From contig OX597828.1 of assembly GCA_951406725.2 (NCBI GenBank), forward strand, positions 33,914,001 through 33,978,000: a stretch of DNA of 64,000 nt. The letters are read 5' to 3'. Source of the DNA: Octopus vulgaris (taxonomy: Eukaryota). The notes below the pieces were generated by a model, which did not search any database, was not told the origin of the DNA, and was given only the letters and a program-made list of their open reading frames with translations. Every line of letters starts with the position of its first letter. Positions within the stretch are counted from its first letter, which is position 1. Shown piece after piece: positions 24,488-37,205 of this stretch. A program made the position numbers and the translations under genes.

Positions 24488-25169
24488 TGTAGAGAGAGAT
24501 TTACACACACATACACACACACATGTTTGCAAATGTTTTTGGTGTTTGAACCCAAGTCAACCTTGACAAAACAGTACCACTTGAGCTACCACCATCCTGC
24601 CCACCTCTTTGGCATTGCATGTTTTTGAGTATAGACCCAGGGCCAAATTGCCCACATTATTAGATTTCCCCCTAGCATAAGTAATCAAGCCCACAATAAT
24701 GTAAAGGGTCTTTAGTAGACATAGGTAAGGTCTTAGCTTTGCTTTTTATAGTTTTTAAAACAGATAAAGGACATATCTTCCTATAGGCAAGAAGGGATAG
24801 GGAAACTATCCCAGCTACACTATTCCCAGATAAAACTTATTTCTGACAGGAAGGCGTAGACTTAAGTGTATTGACCAACAAACAAACAAAATACTCACTC
24901 AGGGTTTGTATATCACAGCCTACATACATGCATTTCAACGTCTGATATTGCTTTCAATAAAGGCACAATTCTCATTAATGAGAAGAAGAGGGTAAGTTGG
25001 AATGAGAAATAGTTAGTAAATCATATTATCTGGATAAAATGTTTAAATTCAGTGTTGGAAGCATTCGAGTAAATGCATGCCTATTTATATCAAATGGTTG
25101 ATTGTCAGACTTCAGCTAAAGTACACCAGAATGCACCTGGATCAAAAGTAGCAATAACAATTTAGAAGC

Positions 25170-25400
25170 ACAGTTCTATATTTAAGAGATGAGGAATTAT
25201 GTACATTATTTACATTTGACGGATATTTGTCCTCATCTTCTTTGTTAACACAACGTTTCGGCTGATATACTCTCCAGCCTTCATCAGGTGTCTTGGGGAA
25301 ATTTCGAACCTGGGTTCTCATTCCTAAGGTATTTTTCGATGTTGTTGTTATCATTATTATTATTATTATTATTATTATCATTATTACTATAATTATTCAG
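25170..25400 (-). mobile_element. Hammerhead-bearing short repeat (5'-truncated copy)
   Basis: Colinear with 14350-14530; begins at CCTGAATAAT, the same junction that follows the tRNA-like head at 14634. Confidence 0.75.
25248..25291 (-). ncRNA. Intact minimal type I hammerhead ribozyme motif
   Basis: ACAC-CUGAUGA-A-GGCUG(GAGAGUAUAU)CAGCC-GAAAC-GUU^GUGU; palindromic AACGUU stem III typical of dimer-forming minimal hammerheads. Confidence 0.8.
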
Positions 25401-25889
25401 GAATTGAATTCAGGAAATTCTAATGGTGGAGAGATAATTACCTCTTCAAGAACCAAATCAATACTGAACTCTTCCCATGCTCATCTTACTGAGCTTGGCT
25501 CATCTTACTGAGCTTCTCTTACTGAGCCTTTGTAGATGGAAGATCTATCAGTGATCCTAGTTTGGACAAGATTCTTAAAAAAGTTAACAATAGTGATTGC
25601 AGCAATCAGTGATTTTTTTTTTCCATTTGGTGGTTGCAACAATCAAACCAAAGTTTGGTATTTGACTGAGCATTGGTGCTTCCAACTCTTCAAGAAATCA
25701 ATCAAACTTTGACAATCATCTGGGTTATTGAAACAAACAGATAAGGGCCAAAAAGTTTGAATCAGTTTAACATGATTCATCTTTGGTTACTGGTTGTTAT
25801 TTGGATTAAACCAGCAATAAAATTTTTGTTGGTTTTTTTTTTTGTTGTCTTGTTTTGTTTTGTTTACAGAGAGCAATCTAGGTAAATAC

Positions 25890-26472
25890 TCTGGCTCTGT
25901 AGTACAAATGTCTTGCTTTCAAAAGTTTTGAATTAAAATCTTACACCAAACCTCAGTCACAGTTTATGTTCCTAACACTAACTTAATGATAACTAAGTTA
26001 TTTTTATTCTTTTATTTGTTTCAGCCATTTGACTGCGCCCACCTTTAATCGAACAAATTGACTCCAAGATTTATTCTTTGTAAGTCTAGTACTTATTTTA
26101 TCAGTGTCTTTTACAAACCACTAAGTTACAGGGACATAAACACACCAACATCGGTTGTCAAGCAATGGTGGGGGGGAAAAACACAGACACAAACATATAC
26201 ACACATACATATATATATATATATATATGACGGGCTTCTTTCAGTTTCCATTTACCAAATCTACTCACAAGGATTTGGTCGGCCTGAGGCTATAGTAGAA
26301 GATACTTGCTCAAGGTGCCACGCAGTGGGACTGAACCCAGAACCATGTGGTTGTTAAGCAAGCTACTTACCACACAGCCACTCCTGCACCTATTTTACTA
26401 AATTCTTTGTTATATATAAAATTAATTGAAAGAAACACAGAGCATCTCAACAGAAATATGGTAAGAAAAGGG
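25890..26472. mobile_element. piggyBac-type MITE interrupted by a SINE family A copy (26007-26390, - strand)
   Basis: Pieces colinear with 26525-26714; ends AAAGGG|TTAA. Confidence 0.75.
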
Positions 26473-26492
26473 TTAACAAATAATTAATTTAA

Positions 26493-26714
26493 CCCTTTCG
26501 ATACCAACCTGCCTGAAACTGCCTCTGGCTCTGCAGTACAAATGTCTTGTTTTCAAAAGTTCAGAATTAAAATCTCCCACCAAACCTTAGCCACAATTTA
26601 TGTTCCTAACACTAGCTTAATGATAACTGAGTTATTTTACTAAATTCTTTGTTATATTTAAAATTAATTGAAAGAAATACAGAGCATCTCAAGAGAAATA
26701 TGGTAACAAAAGGG
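26493..26714. mobile_element. piggyBac-type MITE (second family)
   Basis: TTAA|CCCTTT ... AAAGGG|TTAA. Confidence 0.85.
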
Positions 26715-27116
26715 TTAATGTTTGTTTTCCATGCTAGTAAGGGTTGGACAGTGTGACAGGAGCTGGCAAGCCAGGGAACTACACCAGGTTCCATTGTCTG
26801 TTTTGGCCTGGTTTTTATGGTTGGATGCTCTTCCTAACATCAACGACTCCAAGAATGTCTAATAATTGCACAGTTTTAATTCTATGTATCATTGAAGAAT
26901 TTTATCATTCTTCATTTTCGCTTTACTTTTGCGAATGACTATGTACATCGTGAGATTGCTTCATTGAACAGGTGTGGTTGTGGCGTTGATAAGTTTGTTT
27001 ACCAATCACATGGTTACTGGTTCAGTCCCACTATAAGGTACCTTGGGTAAGTATCTTCTGCTATAGACCTAGCGAATGCATTTGGTAGACAGAAACTGAA
27101 AGAAGCCTGTCATGTA

Positions 27117-27158
<42 letters not shown>

Positions 27159-27161
<3 letters not shown>

Positions 27162-27760
27162 TCATCATCATCATTTAGCGTCCACTTTCCATGCTAGCAT
27201 GGGTTGGACGGTTCAACTGGGGTCTGTGAAGCCAGAAGGCTGCATCAGGCCCAGTCTGATCTGGCAGTGTTTCTACGGCTGGATGCCCTTCCTAACGCCA
27301 ACCACTCCGTGAGTGTAGTGGGTGCTTTTTACGTGCCACCTGCACAGGTGCCAGACGGAGCTGGCAAACGGCCACGGACGGATGGTGCTTTTTACGTGCC
27401 ACCGGCACGGGGTCCAGGCGAGGCTGGCAATGGCCACGATCGGATGGTGCTTTTTACGTGCCACCGGCACGGGGTCCAGGCGAGGCTGGCAATGGCTACG
27501 AACGGATGGTGCTTTTACGTGCCACTGGCACGGGGGCCAGGCGAGGCTGGCAACAACCACGAACGGATGGTGCTACGTGCCACTGGCACAGGGGCCAGGC
27601 GAGGCTGGCAACGGCCACGAACGGATGGTGCTTTTTACGTGCCACCAGGACGGAGGCCAGTCGGGGCGGCACTGGCAACGGCCACGATCGGATGGTTCGC
27701 TTACTTGTCACCAGCACTGGTATCACAGCTGCAATTTCCATTGATGTTGATCGACTTCGA
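27159..27760 (-). mobile_element. Family C element with expanded internal ~60-bp repeat
   Basis: About 6 units of TTTTACGTGCCACCGGCACGGGG..GGCGAGGCTGGCAACGGCCACGAACGGATGGTGC. Confidence 0.85.
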
Positions 27761-29625
27761 TTTTGGTTCTGCTTTCTGATATCTGATTTGATTTGGTGTT
27801 CTGCTTTCTGATATCTGATTTGATATATATGAACGTGTGTGTGTGTGTGCATGCGTGTGTAATTTGGTGACTTCCTTGTCTTGAGATTACATATTTGCAA
27901 AACAAGAGTCACCATCATACAGCAGGGTCCATTATTTCCAAAGTTCCATGAAAAACATGGCCATGGAAAATCTGCCTCAACCAATTTCACCTGATCCATG
28001 CAAACATGGAAAAACGAACGTTGAAATAACGATGTGTGATATGAAATAGCTTCTAAGTAAACAATTTCACTTCCTAACACTTTCTTGGACAGTCACAGCC
28101 TTCTTTTCAATTTAGGAAAGATTTCGTTGAGAACATGAAAAAAAGTTTGGAAGAAGAAAGCATCAGTTTTATATAGAACCAGAGACATTTGTTTCAACAT
28201 GTAGTGGAATTTTTATGTAAAATAGTTGAAAGAGAGGTATTACTATCAAAGTTTTAAGCAGATGAATACCTCTTGGGTACCTTCTTTGCAATGGAAAAGA
28301 AGAATTTAATAGATGTCGAATTAATTTCAAGAAATGAGACGTATTTTTGAAGCAGTAACTAAAGAAAACTAGTAACCATTGTTAGGCGTGCTGGGTAATC
28401 AACAAGAGGGTTTATTATTCCAAGTCTAATTGCAAAGAATTATTTTCAGCAAATTATTTATTTTCTATTTTGTATCCTAGGAAACAAATGGATGTTTGGC
28501 AGAGAAGCTATTTGCCATTGTTGACTGTAATGTCAAAACTCTTAATTAACAAAGTAAATTGAGCCAAATCGCCATCGTTATTCGTCAACAGTTTTTCCAA
28601 CTAAAATAACATTGGGATAAGCATGAATTCCTGTCGGTAATTGTTCCATTGATCACGCTTTGAAGAGCACTTATGGTTTCTGTCACATCAAAGGAAAATT
28701 GGATTAAGCATCTATCATCCTTAAATATATTATATGTTTTATCATCGAGCAGTGGAATCTGGATGCTGCTTTCGGATCCCGTTTCTTAATAGAATTTAAC
28801 GTAGGAAATCAAATATGAAGACGGAGATAAGCAGTAACAATTTATCATTTGCAAAAAGTAGGATTAAGTAGGATCTGTATTAGTTCCATTAAAAGAGTCA
28901 CCTATTTAATGTATAACTAAACAAGCCTAGAATTCAATGAAGTTTAGCATCTTTACGTAGTGAGCCATCAACAACAGATTAGCAACCAGCCTTCAACCAA
29001 AGTACACCAACCAGAAGCAATAATAATCGTTTCATTGCAAAGGGTTCTTTTGGTGAGGCAAACTGTCTGATCTAGTTAGAAGAGCGAACAAGAAAGGCGG
29101 GAAGATTCTACAATGTTTTGTTCAAAGTATAGTATGTGCCAGAAATGTTATACAAAGTTAAACTTCTTATTAAAAATGTTCAGAGTCGTTGGCAGAGACT
29201 TGCTTAACATTCACATAAATTCACCCTCTAAACCTTTTCCCAAATTTTTTGGTCTTTACTGGCTCCCTAAATATGGTAATGATGGGTGACAATACTCAAG
29301 AGCAATTCCAAGACAAAAAAGTTGCGTTTAAAAACACTTACTTCATTCAGTTTTCAACGTGGCGAAAAGCAATAACGCAATACCCGAAGTAAATATTGCG
29401 TAAAATCTCAATATCTTAATTGGTATTATTTACTCTATGCTATGCCTTGAGAATTTGTTCCTCAGATTTGTGTGCGCGCTCACACACATACACTATATAT
29501 CTATATAATATATATACCATAATGCATAATATTCGGCAGAGATGTACAATAGGCACCCCACCCCTTTTCGGGATTTTTTTTTTGTGCGCATTGACACCTC
29601 CGCTTCAAATGTATATACATACTTC

Positions 29626-29659
<34 letters not shown>

Positions 29660-29679
29660 CTACTAATATCGGAGGATTG

Positions 29680-29728
<49 letters not shown>

Positions 29729-29784
29729 ATATGTACATATACATACCACATATACACACAATCTACTAATACAAGATTGCTTAC

Positions 29785-29826
<42 letters not shown>

Positions 29827-30234
29827 GCACGCGCGCGCACATCTACTAATACTGGAAGATTGCTTATATATATATATATATATATTTCACAAAAATAATG
29901 CGACATTCGGTTTAACTTTTGCCGACGCTATTGTATACTTGTGCGTGCGTATGTATGCACGTACGTATACACACACTAATATATACACGAGCGCCGAATG
30001 TGAAAGGAAAATCATTGAGATGTTGGGTGGTAGCAGCGCCGGCAGTGCAGATATGATTTATTATTATTATTATTATTATCAGTAGTAGTAGTAATAGTGG
30101 TGGTGGTGGAGATTGTAAACCGTCTAGATTGTGACACTTATAGTAGTAGTAGTAGTGGTGGTAGTAATGCTAGCTGTAGTCGTTGTTTGTGGCACAGATT
30201 ATAGAGAAGTGGTAGTGATTATAGTTGCTGGGTA

Positions 30235-30563
30235 TTCTCTTTACTTGTTTCAGTCATTTGACTGCGGCCATGATGGAGCACCGCCTTTAGTCGAGCAACT
30301 CGACCCCGGGACTTATTCTTTTTTTGTAAGTCCAGTACTTATTCTATCGGTCTCTTTTTGCCGAACCGCTAGGTGACGGGGACGTAAACACACCAGCATC
30401 GTTTGTCAAGCAATGCTAGGGGAACAAACACAAACACACATATATACATATATACATATATACGACAAGCTTCTTTCAGTTTCCGTCTACCAAATCCACT
30501 CACAAGGCATTGGTCGGCCCGGTTGGTTAGCAAGCTACTTACCACACAGCCACTCCTGCGCCT
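30235..30563 (-). mobile_element. SINE family A with internal deletion
   Basis: Reverse complement of family A lacking the B-box/CORE segment. Confidence 0.85.
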
Positions 30564-31087
30564 ATGTTATTAATGGTGGTGCTGGAGTTAGCGGTGATCG
30601 TGATTGCTTAAACGGGAGTAAAGGTGACAGCAGTGTGCATTGCACACTTATACACACATACACACACACATATATATATATATATATTTATATACGTGTG
30701 TGTTAGTGTTATGTAAGTATAGGTATATGCACACACAGATCGAAGTCGAAGTGCATTCGTCGTCTTATGCAAATACGGAATGGAATGATTTTTAAAATCG
30801 AAAGTGGGCGGTGGGAGAATAAATAATAATAAAAATACACACAAATGATCAATGAGAAGTAAAACATGGTGAAACCAGCAGCATCAATCTTTGCAATAGC
30901 TATAGAAACATCAGGTCGCATTCTCTGTGGATGGAATAAATATAGTATGTGATAGAGCAAGCATCTAGTTATCAACATTCGACAGACGAACCGGAGCATT
31001 TTATAGAATCAATACGTCGCTATTACCGAGATGAAAAACAGAACACAATGTACATATTACGTTTTCCATGTACACACCCACCTATAC

Positions 31088-31146
<59 letters not shown>

Positions 31147-31168
31147 CCGGAGTAAACACATAAATATA

Positions 31169-31200
<32 letters not shown>

Positions 31201-31399
31201 ATAATAGGGTGAAATTAATTAATTTGGAATAATCATTAATTTCACCAAGTAGAGTTCGGCATGTAAAAGCCCCATTCAAGGAAGGTTTAAGTAATACTAA
31301 GTAATTAAGGGTTGGTACAAGTACCTTAAGGGTTTAGCAACGATTTGCCTCACCACACACCGAATTTAGAAATAGCAGTCAAAGAGTTTTGGCTATTCT

Positions 31400-31460
<61 letters not shown>

Positions 31461-31838
31461 CATACAGACAGACAGACAGACAATCACATACACACACATA
31501 GAGCGAGATGATAGAGAGAAAAAAAAAGAGAGATACGGGGTGAGAGACAGAGAGATGTGTGCATGTTCATTAGAAAATAAATAATAATTAATAAACGCAG
31601 TGCGTCAGAGTGTAGGTGAAAATTTCAATTGTTCATAGTTATCTACGCATTTTGAGACCCATGTGTGCATATATATATATACTAAGTAATTAAGGGTTTA
31701 GCAACGATTTGCCTCACCACACACCGAATTTAGAAATAGCAGTCAAAGAGTTATGGCTATTCTTTCTACTTAAAAGGGAGATCCCAGTAAAACCACAGCA
31801 CTTAAAAGGCAAACAACGCAGGCAAAAGAGGCATATAT

Positions 31839-31895
<57 letters not shown>

Positions 31896-34623
31896 AACGC
31901 ACACACGCGCACTCCGAATTCAGAAAATAGAAAGCAATCGCGTAACGTAATGGTTGTAAAAAAAAAATGATTTTCACAACGAAAATAAAGATTTTAATAT
32001 TTAAAATGTGTAAGGTTTGTAATTATTTAATATTCAATAATATTTAAAGAGGTGTGGTCCCTGAAATATCTGAATCTATAGACAGATATGTGAATGTGTG
32101 TGTGTATGTGTATTTGTTTCTTTCATTTTGATGGCAAAACAATCAATTATAACCCCAAATACAGTAAGATACTTTGATAAAATTCGATCGACTATATCGC
32201 CATCTCTGTACGGAAACAATAAGAAAAGAAAAAAAAAAAAGATATGTCCCTCTATATTTCCCGGTTCATGCCTTTTAGTATTTCAAGAATCCATAGAATA
32301 ATTAGGAGTACGTTATAATTGCGACATCATTCTTTATAGCGCATTCAAGTCCAAAGAAATTAATTAATGTTACTTAAGTGTTTAAGGAAACCAACCCGAG
32401 CTTGCAGTGTAAACCATCGCTCTACAACGAGTGGTTAGAGTAGTTACTATTAATTGTTATGGTTTGTAATTCCGAATTTAGACCTTAATTAAAGCAAACT
32501 TAATATTTCATCTATCGATATGATGTCCATAAAATTACTAGCTACAAATCAAAAAAGGGAAATATATCAATCAATCATTCAGAAATACAAATTTGCGCGT
32601 ACTCCTTGGTTTGGATGAGGTTAAGTTTTTTAAAAAATTAAGGTGTTTGTTGGGGGTTTTTTCCCAAAAAAAAATTAATTAATACTCTACAAAAAGTTGG
32701 TCACATCAAAAGAAATTATCTGATAACATTACTTACCATTTTAATTAACAATCAAATGACTTGATAATACAAACATGACTTGTGTTTATCGAATGGTCCT
32801 ATCGATGTTGCTGTGTGTTGTTTATTTTCTACGTTGTTTAATTCCAAGATATGAAAAAACAGGGAATGTAAGTGGAGGATATCGATAAAAGGGAGGTGTA
32901 AAAGATAATAATATTAAAGGGAATCTACAGATATTTCTCAAGCCATTGTAATACTTTAAGCTTTGTTCACTTTCCCGGGGTATGTTCCACTGTTCCGTAG
33001 AAAGATGTTCCGTTGTTACGTAGAATACCGTTCCGTTGTTCTATATTCTGTGCAGATGATATTTATATTTATTTATTATATCAGTTGCCGATACTGATAT
33101 TGATATTGATTTTTATATCGTTTGTTCTCTTCATTGCAGTTGTCGGCAGTCTTCTTCTTCTTTCACTGTTGTGTTTAGTCTGATCTTACGTTCTGCTTAT
33201 TATACTCGTTTGTATCACATATACATGAAACTTTACAATTCAGGCTGGGACTGAGAAGTTATTGTCTTCGTCGGTACTAATAATGCTGTTGGTGGTGATA
33301 ACGATGGTATTGTTGTTGTTATGGTTCCTCTTTCACGTCTTCTTCAATCCTCATACCGGTCTATTTATTTTCTCATGTTACTGCTACTCTGTTGCAGTTG
33401 TTTTATTCTATAAATGAGGTCGTGTCAGTAGTGGTATGGTGTTGATATCAGGGTCGCTCTCATTACTTTCACTAACGATTATTTATTTATTTATTTATTA
33501 TTATTATTATTTATTGAGTAAAAGAAAATAAATTGACTCGAGTTAAATTGGAGCGCCAAACCAATCTCGTGACGACTAAGTGATGCACTTGCATTTTTAT
33601 GATGCAAACAGCAAAGCTTATACACTGCAGCAGAAAAGACGTCGGTGTTGCATCAGCAACTGCAGCATGAATGGATCAGCAACGCTAAGAAAACGAGAGA
33701 CGAACCGAGGATCTGAACAACCTGCATTATGTAGTGTTGAATATTTCGATCCGCTGATCTTGTTGGATTTATCTCCCTTCTTCGTTGTTTAGATTTGAAA
33801 CACCCCCAGAGGAAAATTTTGTCAACTAATTGCTTGGATAATTTTAGTTAGTCGAAGTTTTTGGTGTTTTTTTTTTCATTCACAGCGGATCAAGCGCATT
33901 CACATGAGGATTAAGCGCAAAATTTCTACAGTACAGTTCACGTGCCAACGCAGAAACTTCTACGCTAGAAATAGCAGCCTCCAAGTCACAAACTCCTGCC
34001 TTAAATTAAAAACACTCATTAGATAACGTAGTTCTACACAGCAGATTTAGAAGGCCATAGCCAGCAAGCCTTTGATCATAAGTCTGCACGAATCGAGTTA
34101 ACCCTGGAGCCAAACAACGGTACAATAATAGTGCAAAGCAATGAATCGGAATGCACCTCCTGACGTTTGCGTCGTCGTTGTCCCAAGATCAACTAGCTGT
34201 GACGTCACTTGATCATGTGATAACGTGCTAGCTCAGCACATCGCGGGAAAGCTTTGCGATAACAACAGCAGTCTTTCGACAGAATAAAATGCACGCAAGT
34301 CCTTCAGGACGATGAATTAACAGATTCCTTAGTGTCAAACTAAATACTTTGCGGTATTTACTTGCACCTTCTTACGTTCTGAGTTCAAATCCCGTCCAGA
34401 TCGACTTTGCCGTCTTAAGAACTGGATCCGTATATATTTCTAGGACGAAATGCCGTAGTCTTTAGTTACAAGGTCCTTAAGATCTAAGTTCTAATCCAAT
34501 GGGTGATGAGGCGTCAGCTTTGCTTTTCATCCTTCTTCCAACGAATGAGAAGTTATATATGATGTGTGTTAATTTCATTTTGACGCATTTGATACCATCT
34601 TCGATGGAATCGCATATATATAT

Positions 34624-34692
<69 letters not shown>

Positions 34693-34701
<9 letters not shown>

Positions 34702-35083
34702 CTGAAGTTGTCTGCGTGTGGCAAGTTTGGAAGCCTTCAACTAACAATATCTTCTCCGAAACACTGCGGCGCAAGTTGACCAAAATTGAGAGTATGATAG
34801 AAGAAGGCTTGCTCTCCATTCCGTAGAAGAAGAAATTCAAATCGGACCATGTTAAGACCAAAAATTATTTACATCAAAAAGGTGCTTTTTTTTCTATGAA
34901 AATCCCTATTTTTTATGATTTTTTTACTGCTCTGTCGCCATTTTTCGGTATATTTCAACTAGAAAAATGTTCACTTAAAGAGTATAACAAGCTACATAAT
35001 GCAAAATTTTTGCTTTTCAAAAATTCCAATTCTTAAGGGTCGAAAAGAAACCAAACCCGGGCAACGCCGGGCTATACTGCTAG
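34693..35083 (+). mobile_element. Non-autonomous Helitron
   Basis: 3' hairpin CCCGG-GCAACG-CCGGG (35056-35071) then CTAG|T at 35080-35083; 5' end in a TA tract. Confidence 0.75.
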
Positions 35084-35357
35084 TTTTATATATATATATA
35101 TAACCGCCGGAAGCAGTATTAATATCAAAAGGCTATCTTTATATCCAACTGGTTCAGCAAGGGGGCCGATAGAATAAGTACCAGGCTTTAAAAAATGTAC
35201 TCGGGTCGATTTGTTCAACTAAAATTCTTCACGGCGGTGCCCCAGCATGGCTGCAGTCTAGTGACTGAAACAAGTAAACGATAAAAGATATACACCCACA
35301 AATTAAATACGTTGTACATAAATTTGAGACATTATAATTTATATCATTCTTTAAAAA

Positions 35358-35359
<2 letters not shown>

Positions 35360-35388
<29 letters not shown>

Positions 35389-35420
35389 CTGTGTGTGTGT
35401 GTGTGTCTGTGTCTGTGTCT

Positions 35421-35507
<87 letters not shown>
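35360..35507. repeat. (GT)n microsatellite
   Basis: Direct reading. Confidence 0.98.
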
Positions 35508-35512
<5 letters not shown>

Positions 35513-36180
35513 GAGATGTGCTGGAACAATTATTCTGACTCACAGGGCTCGCACTTGCGGACAGCCATCTTCGCCCCGATAGCGGTGAGCAGGGATATGG
35601 TCCAGGAGCCAAGAACATTGTAGGTCTCCACTGTCACAGACTCAACTATGGACCTCTCAGAGAGCGACTGATACTTTGGTACTTTGATTTTTCTCAGTCT
35701 GGCGACACTAGTGTAGCAGGGGGAGGGGTGGTCTGCCTCGGGCGGCACTTTTGGGTCTGCTGTAAGCAATATGCGTCTTTTGTGGGGTTCGGGGGGCGGC
35801 AAACGAAAAGGCCACCCTGGGCGGCACACACTCTAGCTACGCTAGTGCCTGGCGAGTATCAGAGCCTGGGCTGGTAGCTGAACAAGTTTTAGTTGGTTAA
35901 GATGTCACAAAATGTGACGTCCCAGAAGAGAGACCTTCCACCATGAAACGGGAAAACTGTCATACCGTCAAGCTCTTTACTGGTCCTTCGGTCTGGCCCC
36001 GCTGGTTCGAGTTGGGAAGGGAAACTTGCAGCATCTAGGCCATACTTTATGATTTTGTTAAGGACGGCATGGCGTGGAAGGCAGCCAGAACCATAACGGT
36101 ATGACAGTGGATGGAGGCCGAAAGAATCAACAGTGGGTCTGCAGTAACAAACGTGACGGACAAAAGATGTGCCCTCTATT
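35507..36180 (-). mobile_element. CRE-clade non-LTR retrotransposon C-terminal fragment (zinc knuckle plus RLE)
   Basis: HVCYC..VDSFGLHPLS...RHAVLNKII...PSQLEPAG...LDGMTVFPFHGGRSLFWDVT, KYQSL...VTVETYNVLG...LFQHISLA. Confidence 0.8.
35706..35847. mobile_element. hAT-type MITE nested in the CRE fragment
   Basis: TIRs CACTAGTGTAGC/GCTACGCTAGTG; 8-bp TSD TCTGGCGA/CCTGGCGA. Confidence 0.85.
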
Positions 36181-36184
36181 GGAT

Positions 36185-36848
36185 TTATTGGTTAAACTTG
36201 TGGGATGTCATCCTTATGTACCCTCATATGCCTTTTAAGACCAGGTATTGATTTGCAGATCTTTTTACACACCACACATGTTGTCTCACCTAGCATTGGA
36301 GGGACAGGGCTGCACACAGTTGGTTTTTTATGTGATTTTAAATGAGTGGGTTACCCAGATTTAGAGAGCAGTAAATGACCCACACACCTCACAAATCCAG
36401 CTCAAGATGTTCTTAGTGATATTCATACTGTGGATTTTTCGAAGCTGGCGTTTAAGTTTTTCATGACCAAGACATCTCTCTTCAAATATTCTGCAGCTTT
36501 CCTTCACATTTACCCTTCTTTAAAGCAAGCACTTCCCAGTTCTGATCTTCAAAATGAAGATCTTTAAGGTTGTTGTTTTTTTTTTATGCAATCTTTATAT
36601 CTTTTCATTGGTTTGTGCTGAGAGCGTTTCATAGTGTGCAATTGACTGTAAATCAGTTGTTTTGGGAGCCTTTCCTCATTCATGTGCACAACACGGCCTA
36701 CCTGACGCATTTGAGAGGAAACGATGGTAGATTCAATGTTCGTGCAGCCAGCATCTAAAAGGATTTGTGAGTCAGGTATTTTCTGTTGCTATTTGAAGTT
36801 TAGGATTCTTCTTAAAAATTTTTGGTAAAAGTGTTGAAGCATGCATAA
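36185..36848 (-). mobile_element. 5'-truncated RTE-clade LINE with two C-terminal C2H2 fingers
   Basis: QKFLRRILNFK..IPDSQIL...MNEERLPKQLIYSQL...KRYKDC; then ICEVCG...HLKSH and CVVCKKICKSIPGLKRHMRVH. Confidence 0.8.
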
Positions 36849-36857
36849 ATTCATGCT

Positions 36858-37205
36858 TACGTACATACATACATACATACATACATACATACATACATAC
36901 ATACATACATACATACACACATACATACACACATACATACACACATACATACACACATACATACATACATACATACATACATACATACATACATACATAC
37001 ATACATACATACATACATACATACATACATACATACATACATACATACATACATACATACATACATACATACATACATACATACATACATACATACATAC
37101 ATACATACATACATACATACATACATACATACATACATACATACATACATACATACATACATACATACATACATACATACATACATACATACATACATAC
37201 ATACA
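36858..37205. repeat. (TACA)n/(TATG)n microsatellite
   Basis: Direct reading. Confidence 0.98.

Noticed and set aside
31320-31360. Hammerhead-like UGGUGAG-GCAA(AUCG)UUGC-UAAACCC on the minus strand, duplicated at ~31695
   Set aside because: Both copies share non-canonical cores, so there is no support for a ribozyme.
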